Position numbers and translations under genes: made by a program. Positions 46,039 to 56,697 of a DNA stretch of 64,000 bases are shown here, piece by piece (the stretch's first letter is position 1; the number at the start of each line of letters is the position of its first letter). Where the stretch lies: positions 96,001 through 160,000 of IMG/VR virus record IMGVR_UViG_3300001605_000008. One strand, 5' to 3'. The DNA comes from a virus. The notes below the pieces were generated by a model. It did no database searches. It was not told the DNA's origin and was given only the letters and a program-made list of their open reading frames with translations.

Positions 46039-47423
46039 ATAAAAGTCAGTTTTTATCCGATGCTGAGTCTATAAAAGAAAAATTAGATTCAGTTAGCCCT
46101 AGTTTGTGCTTGGCCAAATGGAAACAGGTGAGCCTGCATCTCGCCACGGGCATGAATAATTCATGCTATCATCCTCCCTTGCATCGCATACCCATCGAGG
46201 AGATTGGACGGAATCCAGGGGCACTGCATAATACCACGCACAAAAAAGAACAACGAAAAATGATGCTGCGCGGCCAAAGACCCGCTGAATGTCAATACTG
46301 TTGGAACATGGAGGACCTTGGTGAAATGAGTGATCGACATTATCGGTCTGGGGAACCCTGGGCAGCCATAGATTTTGATCGCATCGCAAATTCAACCGGA
46401 GACGAAGACGATGTCATTCCTAGTTATGTGGAAGTTAATTTTAATCATGCTTGCAATTTATCTTGTAGTTACTGCTCACCGCAGTTCTCATCTAGCTGGC
46501 AGCAGGAAGTGGATCGGCACGGTGCTTATCCTACTAGCAACCCTCATAATGCTCCAGAACATTTCTCAGGTGAGCGACGACCGATACCCGTCCGTGAGCA
46601 CAATCCGTGGGTAGAAGCTTTTTGGGAATGGTGGCCTACTCTGTATCCTAGGTTACGACATTTCCGTATGACCGGCGGCGAACCACTCATGGATCGAAAC
46701 ACTTATAAAGTATTTGATTACGTGTTGGCCATGCCCAAACCTGATTTGCATCTCAATGTTACTTCAAATTTTTCAGTAGAAGAAAAACTCTGGCAGAAAT
46801 ATCTAGAATATACCCAGCGATTGTGTGCTACAAACATTGAACATTTCATGCAGTATGTGAGCCTAGATACTGGCTACATCGCTCATGCTGAATACATACG
46901 ACATGGGCTAGACGCACATCTCTGCATGAGCAGAGCTTATCAATGGCTTGATCGTATCCCCGGTCGTAACAGTCTTACATTCATCATTACCATGAATAAT
47001 TTGTCGGTGCTGGGGCTGAAGAAACTGTTGGAGTTTATCCTAGAGTTGCGACGCACACACAGCCACACCTATCAGCGTGTATGGTTTGATACTCCGGTGC
47101 TGCGCCAGCCGGCCTGGCAGAGTCTGCAGATCCTGCCAGAAAGCTATGCTGCCATCCTTGAGCGCACCGCAGACTGGATGGAGGAAAACATGGAAACTTC
47201 AGTAGATCCATTCCATGGATTCAAAGACTATGAAGTACAGCGCCTGCGTCGAGACATAGCCTGGATGCGCAGAGATCAACATCTAGATCATTCTGTTGCC
47301 CGTGCTGACTTCTATAGATTTTTCTCAGAGCACGATCGTCGACGCGGCACTAATTTTTTATATACTTTTTCAGAAATGCGTGCCTGGTGGCAAGAATGCG
47401 AGAGGTTAGCTCGTGCAACCTAG
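46032..47423 (+). CDS. Radical SAM enzyme, N-terminal twitch-like domain
   Basis: CLAKW...SCYH...ECQYCW, then CNLSCSYC, MTGGEP, VTSN. Confidence 0.9.
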   Translation: MVDKSQFLSDAESIKEKLDSVSPSLCLAKWKQVSLHLATGMNNSCYHPPLHRIPIEEIGRNPGALHNTTHKKEQRKMMLRGQRPAECQYCWNMEDLGEMSDRHYRSGEPWAAIDFDRIANSTGDEDDVIPSYVEVNFNHACNLSCSYCSPQFSSSWQQEVDRHGAYPTSNPHNAPEHFSGERRPIPVREHNPWVEAFWEWWPTLYPRLRHFRMTGGEPLMDRNTYKVFDYVLAMPKPDLHLNVTSNFSVEEKLWQKYLEYTQRLCATNIEHFMQYVSLDTGYIAHAEYIRHGLDAHLCMSRAYQWLDRIPGRNSLTFIITMNNLSVLGLKKLLEFILELRRTHSHTYQRVWFDTPVLRQPAWQSLQILPESYAAILERTADWMEENMETSVDPFHGFKDYEVQRLRRDIAWMRRDQHLDHSVARADFYRFFSEHDRRRGTNFLYTFSEMRAWWQECERLARAT

Positions 47424-48549
47424 ATTGGTGGTAGATAGTTTTTGTGAATTTTATGATATGCTCCGGCCATGGGCTGTGGCTGATTTTTGGAACGCACGTG
47501 ATCATGAATTTGTGCCGGATGCGATATATCTAGTTGAACGGCAACGGTTTGTTGAAGATGGTGCGAGACTGAGAGAGGAAATACAACGGGGGAAATCAAA
47601 ATTTGTTTTTTCTTTGCCGTTTGAGGGATCAGAGACCTTGCAAAATCATCTTTATCAGTACGGTATTGCAGATCTGGTCCGCTCTGGTCAGATGTTGTTG
47701 ATAGCTGGGGGTGACATGCGGCCAGAATGGCCTCACATGACTTATGATATGTTCGCTACCAAGTTCCATGACTTTGATGAAAATCTGGTAGAGGCTGAAA
47801 AAAGCACCCGGATGATATATGAAAAAAAACAAAAACCTTTTAAATTTTTGTTTTTAAATGGGCGTGAAAGACCGCATCGCAAATATCTTATTGAAAAATT
47901 CGATATCATGGGGCTACTTGATGATGCTGTCTGGAGTTTATTGAGCCCGGTGGTGACTCCCAGTCGTCACATCAATTTTATAAATGATGGTAAAGATATC
48001 ATGCAATGCTCCAGAAAAATAAAAAAATTAGATCCTCGGTACGAAGTTGACAGATATCGAGATTCTGTAGTTGATCCGGATTCGACAAAATTCGTTAAAT
48101 CAGATCTTTTTAAAAATGAATGGGGAGATATTTACGTCAGTGCAGAACCCTACATTGATACCTATTTTAGTTTGATTACCGAAACAGTATTTGAAGCACC
48201 TTACAGTTTTAGAACCGAGAAACTCTGGAAACCCATGGCCATGTGCCATCCTTTTATTGTAGTTGCCAATCAAGGATATTATCGAGATCTTAGAAATCTA
48301 GGGTTTCGCACGTTCAATCATATTATCGATGAAAGTTTTGACGACATTGAGGATAATCAATCTCGCATTGATCATGTGATTAAAGTCGTTGAGGATTTGT
48401 GCCGACAGGATTTGAACTCTTTCCTAGCAGCATCCGAAGATGTTTGTAAATACAATCAACAGCATTTACTACAGTATCGAGAGCAAGTGCGCCGAGAATT
48501 CCCAGATAGATTTTTTAACTTTCTTAGAAAACACCAATGGATGACCTAG
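47413..48549 (+). CDS. Putative glycosyltransferase-like protein (family with 56671-57855 and 57852-58904)
   Basis: FLFLNGRERPHR and C-terminal SLITETVF...FRTEKLWKP...PFIV...LRNLGFRTF..IIDESFD. Confidence 0.5.
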   Translation: MQPRLVVDSFCEFYDMLRPWAVADFWNARDHEFVPDAIYLVERQRFVEDGARLREEIQRGKSKFVFSLPFEGSETLQNHLYQYGIADLVRSGQMLLIAGGDMRPEWPHMTYDMFATKFHDFDENLVEAEKSTRMIYEKKQKPFKFLFLNGRERPHRKYLIEKFDIMGLLDDAVWSLLSPVVTPSRHINFINDGKDIMQCSRKIKKLDPRYEVDRYRDSVVDPDSTKFVKSDLFKNEWGDIYVSAEPYIDTYFSLITETVFEAPYSFRTEKLWKPMAMCHPFIVVANQGYYRDLRNLGFRTFNHIIDESFDDIEDNQSRIDHVIKVVEDLCRQDLNSFLAASEDVCKYNQQHLLQYREQVRREFPDRFFNFLRKHQWMT

Positions 48550-49874
48550 AATTCCGACAACAAGTATTAGATAAAATAAGTCCAAGTTTTTGTGGTGCTA
48601 AATGGTACAACGCCACGATCTGGTTGGGATCCGGCATGACCACCAGCTGCCATCACCCACCAGCACATCGTGTGTCAGTTGAGGATGTGCAGTCCAACCC
48701 CCGAGCCTTGCACAACACTCCCCAGAAAAAACAAGATCGCGAACAGATGCAGCAAGGATCAAGGCCACCAGGCTGTGAGTACTGCTGGAAGATCGAGGAC
48801 ATGGGGCGAGATGCAGTGAGTGACAGAGTTTACAAGTCTAGGATATATAAGATCGAGGACTTGAAAAATGCATCCACGCTCCCGGTGTCATCAGATGTTA
48901 ATCTCCGCACTCTGGAGATCAGTTTCGATCGCACATGTCAGTTTGCATGCTCTTATTGCAATCCTGCTTTTAGCACTACATGGGCCAACGATATCCGACG
49001 GAACGGCGCTTATACAGGACTTGTCAGTGACGGGAGGAATCACTTTACTCATGCTCATGACTCTAGCCAGTTATACAGTTTCGGAGAAACTAATCCTTAT
49101 GTGGAAGCATTCTTTGCATGGTGGGAATCGGACCTCCATCAAACTCTAGACGAACTCCGCATCACCGGCGGCGAACCCTTGATGTCGGGATATACCTGGA
49201 AGCTGATTGACTGGTTCCGCGCCAATCGCGGTAGATCTCACACCAGGTTGGCCATCAACTCAAATCTTGGCATGCCCAGAGAAAAATTATTTGACTTTGT
49301 TGAACGCACCCGAGATATAGAAAATCTCGACATCTATACCAGCAACGAAAGCACCTGGGCACAGGCTGAATATATACGTGATGGCTTAGATTACGATCTC
49401 TGGACACACAATGTCATGGAACTCTTGGAGCATGATCATATCCGGGCAGTACACAGCATGTGTACCATCAATGCCCTGTGCTTGGACAGTCTTCCAGAAT
49501 ATCTCGATTGGATCTGCGGATTGAAACGATACCATGGCCGCGAACGAGTAAATTTCACCTTGAACATCCTGCGTTTTCCCAGCTTCCAGAGCCCGTTGGT
49601 GCTGCCAGATGAATTACGGGAATATCATCGCCAGAGATTGGTAGATTGGATGGCCAGTCATCAAGGCGCAGAATATCTCCATGAATATGAAATCAATCAC
49701 ATGAAACGATTGATCGACTATCTCGATGTTGTCAAGACCCCCCACTCAGAAGCGTTTGAACTTCCTAAATTACTCAACGATTTTAAAAAATTCTATCAGC
49801 AATACGATCAGCGTCGAGAAAAGAATTTTGTTGACTGTTTTCCCCGATTACGGGAATGGTACGAAAGTCTATGA
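48537..49874 (+). CDS. Radical SAM enzyme, N-terminal twitch-like domain
   Basis: CGAKW...SCHH...GCEYCW, CQFACSYC, ITGGEP, INSN. Confidence 0.9.
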   Translation: MDDLEFRQQVLDKISPSFCGAKWYNATIWLGSGMTTSCHHPPAHRVSVEDVQSNPRALHNTPQKKQDREQMQQGSRPPGCEYCWKIEDMGRDAVSDRVYKSRIYKIEDLKNASTLPVSSDVNLRTLEISFDRTCQFACSYCNPAFSTTWANDIRRNGAYTGLVSDGRNHFTHAHDSSQLYSFGETNPYVEAFFAWWESDLHQTLDELRITGGEPLMSGYTWKLIDWFRANRGRSHTRLAINSNLGMPREKLFDFVERTRDIENLDIYTSNESTWAQAEYIRDGLDYDLWTHNVMELLEHDHIRAVHSMCTINALCLDSLPEYLDWICGLKRYHGRERVNFTLNILRFPSFQSPLVLPDELREYHRQRLVDWMASHQGAEYLHEYEINHMKRLIDYLDVVKTPHSEAFELPKLLNDFKKFYQQYDQRREKNFVDCFPRLREWYESL

Positions 49875-51529
49875 ATAAACAAGAAAAAATACAATCATTG
49901 CGTGATCAATATTCTATTGTTGATCTGATTGATCTGTCGGAGATGATTACAATACCAATATATCAACAAAAAAATCTCCTGACAGAAAAATTAGAGAAAA
50001 TATATCGATCAGAATACGCCGAATCAGAAAGAATATTATTCGTGTTTGATAGATATGATAAAAATCTGTTGATTACCTTGCAGCAAGTGTTGAATCGTGT
50101 GGATATCAGCAACTATTTTTGCATATTTTTGTTTCCAGGCGAGTTCTTGGTCAAAAATGCGTTGGATGATTTAAAGTCTGTCAGTACTGACCCGATAGAT
50201 ATTGTCGTGGACTGGTTTGTTCCTTCGGGCAAAGGATCGATTTACAGCAATCCTGCACCCACAAAGTTAGATGTGTCCGAGTTAAATCTCCAGGAAAAAA
50301 AGTTGTTGTATGAAAGCAAGACTTTTTGTATCTATCCTTGGATACATCTGCACGCTTATCCCACCGGAGAAGCCTGGCCCTGCTGTCATGCTGAAATGTC
50401 TGCAGGATCTGTGGGAAATGCCAAAACTCATAGCCTTGAGCGGATCTGGAACAGCGATCGCATGAAGGAACTGAGATCTAACATGTTGACTGAAAAATCT
50501 GATCGACTGTGTGTAAGATGTTATGAACAAGAGGATGCTGGATTTCTGAGCGGTCGGAAAAGTGCTAATGGGCACCATGGCCATCACATCTCTCGGGTTT
50601 CCGAAACCCAACCAGATGGACATCTGGATCGATTTGAAATGACATATTGGGACGTGAGATTCAGTAATCTTTGTAATCTCAGTTGTCGTAGTTGTGGACA
50701 CATTTTTAGCAGCAGCTGGTACCAGGATCAGGTAAAATTAGCTGGTCCGGATTGGGCCAAGAAAAACAAACCTCTTAATATCGCCGGCCGTGATCCCGAT
50801 GATATGTGGAATCAACTATTATCACACATTGATTTTGTTGAACAGATCTACTTTGCCGGTGGTGAGCCATTGATGATGGACGAACATTATCGCATCCTTG
50901 AAGAATTAGAACGTCGAGGGCGATTTGATGTGCGATTAACTTACAATACTAATTTTACTCAGACAAAACTCAAGGATCGTACAGTATTTGATTATTGGAA
51001 AAAATTCAAGAATGTAAGTGTAGGAGCCAGTCTGGATGCCATGGGACCACGTGCTGAGTATATTAGGAAAGGTACAGATTGGGCTGTTGTAGAAGAAAAT
51101 CGGATCAAGATGATGGAAATATGTCCTGACGTAGATTTTTATATTTCTTCCACATTGTCGATCATGAACGCCTGGCATCTGCCAGATTTCCACAAAAACT
51201 GGACGGATCGAGGGTTGATACGGGCCCAGGATTTCAATGTGAATATCCTACAGGACCCACCACATTATCGCATGGATATCGCGCCAATGAAATACAAACA
51301 GAGACTCAGGATCAAATACGAAGAACATCTCGAGTGGCTGCGCCCTCAAGATCATTTAAACAGAGCCAGTCAAGGATTTGCTAGTGCTATTAATTTTATG
51401 ATGAACATTGACAATACTGGATTGATAGAAAAGTTTTGGAAAAAATCGCATCAGCTAGATCAAATACGAGACGAGAATATCCTGATAGTGTTACCAGAAT
51501 TGGGGGCCTTGGTTGCAGATTCCGCATGA
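49871..51529 (+). CDS. Radical SAM enzyme with extra AT-rich N-terminal domain
   Basis: ~140-aa unknown N-terminus, then CIYPW...PCC...CVRC, CNLSCRSC, FAGGEP, YNTN; start ATG 49871 (ATGA overlap). Confidence 0.9.
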   Translation: MNKQEKIQSLRDQYSIVDLIDLSEMITIPIYQQKNLLTEKLEKIYRSEYAESERILFVFDRYDKNLLITLQQVLNRVDISNYFCIFLFPGEFLVKNALDDLKSVSTDPIDIVVDWFVPSGKGSIYSNPAPTKLDVSELNLQEKKLLYESKTFCIYPWIHLHAYPTGEAWPCCHAEMSAGSVGNAKTHSLERIWNSDRMKELRSNMLTEKSDRLCVRCYEQEDAGFLSGRKSANGHHGHHISRVSETQPDGHLDRFEMTYWDVRFSNLCNLSCRSCGHIFSSSWYQDQVKLAGPDWAKKNKPLNIAGRDPDDMWNQLLSHIDFVEQIYFAGGEPLMMDEHYRILEELERRGRFDVRLTYNTNFTQTKLKDRTVFDYWKKFKNVSVGASLDAMGPRAEYIRKGTDWAVVEENRIKMMEICPDVDFYISSTLSIMNAWHLPDFHKNWTDRGLIRAQDFNVNILQDPPHYRMDIAPMKYKQRLRIKYEEHLEWLRPQDHLNRASQGFASAINFMMNIDNTGLIEKFWKKSHQLDQIRDENILIVLPELGALVADSA

Positions 51530-52712
51530 AAAATTCTGTGTTCTGCCCTGGCTAAGTCTAGAAACCTCTCCCATCGGCACCGTTCGTCCATGTTGTTTAG
51601 CCGAGGAAGAGATCATTGATGATCTTGGAGAAAAGTTTGACCTCCAGACTGCTGATCTACAAACAGTGCAGAACAGTGAATACATGTGTAAAATGAGACA
51701 GTCATTCTTGAATCAAGAACGGCCGGCTACTTGTCGTAAATGCTGGCAAGAGGAAGATTCGGGTCGTACTAGCAAACGCATGCATACTCTGGATCGACTC
51801 AAGCACATGATTCCAGATATCCACTGGACTCAGGATGCTAAGCCTTTAATGTTCTTGGATCTCAAGTTGGGCAACATTTGCAATCTCAAGTGCAGGATCT
51901 GCGGTTCATGGAGCAGCAGTCAATTTGCTGTGGAGGAAATCAAGTTTAGTCCTCGTGATGGCAGTGATTTCCACCGTATCATGTTAAAGAAAGGTTCTTG
52001 GCCCAGAGAAAATCCTACCTTCTGGCAGCAGATCGATAGCATGCTGGAGCAGATACGTTATATAGAATTTACCGGTGGCGAACCTTTCATGATCCAAGAA
52101 CATTTTGACATGTTACAAGGCATCGTGGATCGAGGTATCGCACATCAAGTGGAGATACATTACAATACCAACGGTACACATTATCCCGATCACGCAGAAC
52201 AGATATGGCAGCATTTTAAAACAGTTGAGATAGCATTCAGCATTGACGATCTTGACAAGAGATTTGAGTATCAGCGCACCAACGCTATATGGTCAGAAGT
52301 CTATGGTAACATAGAACGATTCCGGGACCTCCGCAAGCGTAGATCAAACATCCAGTTGCAGGTGTGCAGCACAGTGAATATTTTCAATGTATGGCACCTC
52401 GAAGGGCTTGCACAGTGGATCGATCAGCAAGATTTTGATTTTATCTATTGGAATATGTTGCACGAAGCCAGGCATTTTTGTATCGCTAGCTTGCCTATAT
52501 CCGCCAAACAACTTGCTGCCGAAAGATTAGACACAGCCACTGTCGGCGCATTCCACCGACAGCAGTTCACCCAGATACGAGATTTCATGATGGCCGGGGA
52601 GAGCTTGCCAGCAGACCAAATCTGTGAACAGATACGTCAACTCGATCATCGTCGAGGACAAAATCTACGTGATGTGATTTGGGAATTAGCTGATAGTCTG
52701 GATTATGAATAA
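51513..52712 (+). CDS. Radical SAM enzyme, N-terminal twitch-like domain
   Basis: CVLPW...RPCC...CRKCW, CNLKCRIC, FTGGEP, YNTNG. Confidence 0.9.
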   Translation: MQIPHEKFCVLPWLSLETSPIGTVRPCCLAEEEIIDDLGEKFDLQTADLQTVQNSEYMCKMRQSFLNQERPATCRKCWQEEDSGRTSKRMHTLDRLKHMIPDIHWTQDAKPLMFLDLKLGNICNLKCRICGSWSSSQFAVEEIKFSPRDGSDFHRIMLKKGSWPRENPTFWQQIDSMLEQIRYIEFTGGEPFMIQEHFDMLQGIVDRGIAHQVEIHYNTNGTHYPDHAEQIWQHFKTVEIAFSIDDLDKRFEYQRTNAIWSEVYGNIERFRDLRKRRSNIQLQVCSTVNIFNVWHLEGLAQWIDQQDFDFIYWNMLHEARHFCIASLPISAKQLAAERLDTATVGAFHRQQFTQIRDFMMAGESLPADQICEQIRQLDHRRGQNLRDVIWELADSLDYE

Positions 52713-54003
52713 ACCTGACACCTTGTGCATGGCACCGTGGACCCATACATATCTCAGTCCACAAACTGAACGCAGGATGTGTTGTGCGTCTCGAGAACCT
52801 GCACAGAATTTCCAACAATACATTGATACTTCTGCCGGCACGGGCAAATATATTCCTGTTACCTTAGAACAACATTGGAATTCTGAACACATGAGATCAG
52901 TGCGCCGCAGGATGATGGCAGGAGAAACGTTACCAGAATGCGAAGTCTGCAACAACAAGTTGCTGAATACTGATGTATATCGTAGTTACTTCAATCAGTT
53001 ATTTGGCCACAAATACCAGGAGGCCATGAATAGCACAGATCCAACAGGGTTTACTACGATGACCCCTGTGAGTTGGGATTATCGATTCAGTAACCTCTGT
53101 AACTTTAAATGTCGCACGTGCGGAGATATGTTATCAAGCGCCTGGGAAAGTGAACAACGACAAAATAACATGATCGACTGGGAGAATCCTAAAAATAACT
53201 GGATGATCCCCGAAGTCCGATCTGAGATAAGTCGATTTCAAGATACTCAGATCGAATCTGAATTCTCCAACGCGGTAGAACAGCATCGTGTAGAGGAAAT
53301 TTATTGGGTAGGTGGCGAACCTTTGATGTACGAACAGCATTGGCGGTATATGAAAAGGATAGTAGATTTAGGTGACGGCTCCAAGTTATATGCTCGATAC
53401 AATACCAATCTGTCTAGAATAGAATATCAGGGAATCAATCTTTACCGAGACATCCTTAAACATGTGAGAGATTGGCAAATTTGCGCCAGCCTCGACGGAA
53501 CTGGCTCCACGGGCGAGTATATCCGTACTGGACTTGACTATGAAAAATGGAAGAAAAATTTTCAGCAAGGAATAGAGATAGCCACCCATCAACGACAGAT
53601 GCGTATCGACTTCACTCTGACCCTGCCAGGATTGTTTGAAGTAGAACGTATTTGCGATCTGGCCAAACAGTTTGGTGTAAGTATACTTGCCAAGGTTATT
53701 TTTAGTTTTACTCCTGATGTTGTAATGAGTCCATTGGCATTGCCTAGAAAACTACTTGATAATCGATTGGATCAGTTGATCAATGTCATTGACAACGACA
53801 CATTAATAGATGTGTTATCACAGCTCAAAAATCGACCCACATTTGAAGAACAATGGCCGGACCAGTGGCAAACCGGTCTGATAGAAGGAAAAAAAAGAAT
53901 ATTAAAACTCGAAAGCATAAGATCAGACACATTTACCATGGATGATATATTAAAAGAAGATATGAAAATATGTGAATGGTGGAATCAAATTCCTGTAACA
54001 TAA
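52705..54003 (+). CDS. Radical SAM enzyme, N-terminal twitch-like domain
   Basis: CMAPW...MCC...CEVC, CNFKCRTC, WVGGEP, YNTN. Confidence 0.9.
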   Translation: MNKPDTLCMAPWTHTYLSPQTERRMCCASREPAQNFQQYIDTSAGTGKYIPVTLEQHWNSEHMRSVRRRMMAGETLPECEVCNNKLLNTDVYRSYFNQLFGHKYQEAMNSTDPTGFTTMTPVSWDYRFSNLCNFKCRTCGDMLSSAWESEQRQNNMIDWENPKNNWMIPEVRSEISRFQDTQIESEFSNAVEQHRVEEIYWVGGEPLMYEQHWRYMKRIVDLGDGSKLYARYNTNLSRIEYQGINLYRDILKHVRDWQICASLDGTGSTGEYIRTGLDYEKWKKNFQQGIEIATHQRQMRIDFTLTLPGLFEVERICDLAKQFGVSILAKVIFSFTPDVVMSPLALPRKLLDNRLDQLINVIDNDTLIDVLSQLKNRPTFEEQWPDQWQTGLIEGKKRILKLESIRSDTFTMDDILKEDMKICEWWNQIPVT

Positions 54004-54015
54004 CCTATCAAAAAA

Positions 54016-55110
54016 ATGACGATCAAAAATAAAATAGATGAAGTTGAAATTGAATTACGAAGCACAGATGGATATATTAAAAAAATATATTTTGACGTGT
54101 TGGATAGCCCGTTATCCATCAGGTGGCTGGCTGCATTGAATGATTTATTAAAAAACTCTTATCACTTAGAAAAAAATTTTTGTTTTTTAGGATTTTCCCG
54201 TGGCGAACGCAACGGCTCATTTATATTAGATCAAATCAATAAAAGTATAAAAGCCATCAACGAGTCAGATATTGGATATCAAATTGATGATTTTTTTACC
54301 ATGGAAAATTGTGTTAATACTGGTCCAATTGGATATAACCTCCCTGGGAGACAGATTATTCATGATAAATTTAACTGCCTACATCGATATTTTGAAGATC
54401 TCCAGGGGTCAAGCACTGCGTTGAGCTCTTACTATATAAAAGCCGATCCAGTTACTCGTTGGAACATTCGTCAATTAAATTTGTTGTGTCATGAATTTGA
54501 ATCATGGGCTCTGAGTTATCGAAAAGAACTACAAGAGCCCGAATGGCAAAGACCCAGTCAACTGATGTGCTGGTTAAATGCTCCTAGATTTGTTTTAAAT
54601 GATGATGATTATCAATCGTTTGGGATCGATTCGTTAAATCGCCCCTTGGGCGGAGTATTTGTGGGAGTCAACAAAGCAGTGGGAAAACATCACTGGGAAG
54701 TATTTACTGATGAAGCCAAATACGATCCGACTCATCGCACTGATACATTAACCACAACTGAACTCAAAGGTCAGACCGAAGCAGCCGGGGATTTTGATAT
54801 CGAATGGGCCAATAATCCAGGAAACTATCCCTGGCAAAGTAAAAGACTGGCAGATTTCCGGACCTGGTTGCTCAACAATGGATTTGATCCCGATGATGAA
54901 AAACTCACGATTGGCCATCCACAGATAGGACAGATTGATTTACATCGATCTTTTGAGTCAGATGACTATCGAAATATCTGGCATTATCTAAATATTTTTT
55001 CAGATGTATTCTCTGTCAGAACTACATCGAACCATGCTATATACGATTATCGGTGGAATGATCCAGATTTTGTAGACCGACAGGTCAAAATTATTACCAA
55101 AGGAAAATAA
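54016..55110 (+). CDS. Hypothetical protein (364 aa)
   Basis: Long ORF in operon orientation; no motif recognised. Confidence 0.7.
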   Translation: MTIKNKIDEVEIELRSTDGYIKKIYFDVLDSPLSIRWLAALNDLLKNSYHLEKNFCFLGFSRGERNGSFILDQINKSIKAINESDIGYQIDDFFTMENCVNTGPIGYNLPGRQIIHDKFNCLHRYFEDLQGSSTALSSYYIKADPVTRWNIRQLNLLCHEFESWALSYRKELQEPEWQRPSQLMCWLNAPRFVLNDDDYQSFGIDSLNRPLGGVFVGVNKAVGKHHWEVFTDEAKYDPTHRTDTLTTTELKGQTEAAGDFDIEWANNPGNYPWQSKRLADFRTWLLNNGFDPDDEKLTIGHPQIGQIDLHRSFESDDYRNIWHYLNIFSDVFSVRTTSNHAIYDYRWNDPDFVDRQVKIITKGK

Positions 55111-55111
55111 A

Positions 55112-55213
55112 ATGAAGTGGATAAGAAACTTGATTAATAAAATTAAATTAGAGATCCGTTATCGTAAAAAACTCAGAGAGCTGCGCAAGCGCGACCCTTT
55201 TATCTATAAATGA
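55112..55213 (+). CDS. 33-aa basic micro-protein (MKWIRNLINKIKLEIRYRKKLRELRKRDPFIYK)
   Basis: Below the track cutoff; fills the gap exactly, AGGA upstream, its TGA overlaps the carbamoyltransferase ATG. Confidence 0.7.
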   Translation: MKWIRNLINKIKLEIRYRKKLRELRKRDPFIYK

Positions 55214-56697
55214 AACATATCCTAGGAGTCAGTGCTGGATTTCATGATGCCGCCGTGGCGGTAATCCGTGATGATGGCGAAATCGTGTTTGCCGGCCACA
55301 GCGAACGCTACAGCAAGATCAAAAACGATCCTGCCATACATCCTGGCTTGTTGAAAGAATGCTGTGAGTGGGACTACGAAATCGTGGCTTTCTATGAGCG
55401 GCCTTGGATGCACAATCTACAACAGATCCGCAGTGGTCAACACTTGTTTGGTCCTTGGACTGTGTCCAGCGCCCTCAAACAGCACCTAGGCGAGTGGTAT
55501 CAACGTCCCGCACATCGAGAAATCTGCTACAGTCATCATCTTTCTCATGCCGCTGCTGGATTTCAAACATCGCCGTTTGATCGTGCAGCAGTAGTTGTGA
55601 TCGATGCCATAGGCGAACTAGATACCATTTCGATCTATCGTGCTGATTATGATGATCAGGGGCGTGCGCATTACCAACGGGTGTGGCGCCAAGGCTATCC
55701 GCATTCTATAGGTTTGTTTTATTCAGCAGTGACCCAGGCCGTGGGACTGCGCCCCATGGAAGAAGAATACATCACCATGGGCATGGCCGCTTATGGATCG
55801 GCCCTGGGATCGTCTTGGATGAAACAACAATTTGTAGACGACATAGATACAGGAAGATTCAAAAAGAATCTGCACATTGGGTTTGACAGCGGCGAATTGA
55901 TGTTTGACAACAACGAGGATATCGCGGCCAGCGCCCAGGCCCTGACAGAAATCATGATAGATCACATCATGCACAAGGCTCGAGTGCTCACTGGCTGCGA
56001 CAATGTTGTTTACATGGGAGGAGTAGCACTCAACTGTGTGGCCAACAGCAGGATACTGGGGAGATATTTTGATCGAATGTGGATCATGCCCAATCCAGGA
56101 GACTCCGGTTCCAGTCTTGGTGCTGCAGCCTTGGCCCATGGCAAGAAATTAAACTGGAAAAATGCATTCCTGGGTCATGATATCCCGGGCCCTTATCCTG
56201 TGAAAGATCTATTAGATACGTTGATCAAAGATAAAATAGCAGGAGTAGCATCAGGACCGGCAGAGTTTGGACCACGTGCTCTGGGCAATAGATCCCTGCT
56301 GGCTGATCCCAGGGGGCATGATATAAAGGATCGTGTAAATGAAATCAAACGCAGACAAAAATTCCGGCCATTCGCACCGGTCATACTGGAAGAGTTGGTG
56401 CATGAATACTTTGATCTCGGCCCTGGTTGGAATCATTGTCGCTATATGCAGTCAGTGGCTGGTTGCAAGTTTCCTGACCTTTACCCTGCTGTATGCCATG
56501 TTGATGGCACCAGCAGAGTACAAACAGTCCCCCCAGATGGTTCGGGTATCAGACAACTCCTAGAACAATGGTATCTTCTCACAGGATGCCCCATGCTGCT
56601 CAATACCAGTCTCAATGTGCGCGGGGAGCCCATGGTCAATGATCGAACAGACGCTGATAGATTTGAACGCCTATACAGCGTAAGAGTGTGCAGTTAA
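55210..56697 (+). CDS. Carbamoyltransferase (NodU/CmcH/TobZ family)
   Basis: HDAAVA, HSERYS, HHLSHAA, YMGGVALNC, PGDSGSSLGAA, EFGPRALGNRS, KRRQKFRPFAP, HVDGTSRVQTV, LLNTSLN. Confidence 0.92.
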   Translation: MKHILGVSAGFHDAAVAVIRDDGEIVFAGHSERYSKIKNDPAIHPGLLKECCEWDYEIVAFYERPWMHNLQQIRSGQHLFGPWTVSSALKQHLGEWYQRPAHREICYSHHLSHAAAGFQTSPFDRAAVVVIDAIGELDTISIYRADYDDQGRAHYQRVWRQGYPHSIGLFYSAVTQAVGLRPMEEEYITMGMAAYGSALGSSWMKQQFVDDIDTGRFKKNLHIGFDSGELMFDNNEDIAASAQALTEIMIDHIMHKARVLTGCDNVVYMGGVALNCVANSRILGRYFDRMWIMPNPGDSGSSLGAAALAHGKKLNWKNAFLGHDIPGPYPVKDLLDTLIKDKIAGVASGPAEFGPRALGNRSLLADPRGHDIKDRVNEIKRRQKFRPFAPVILEELVHEYFDLGPGWNHCRYMQSVAGCKFPDLYPAVCHVDGTSRVQTVPPDGSGIRQLLEQWYLLTGCPMLLNTSLNVRGEPMVNDRTDADRFERLYSVRVCS

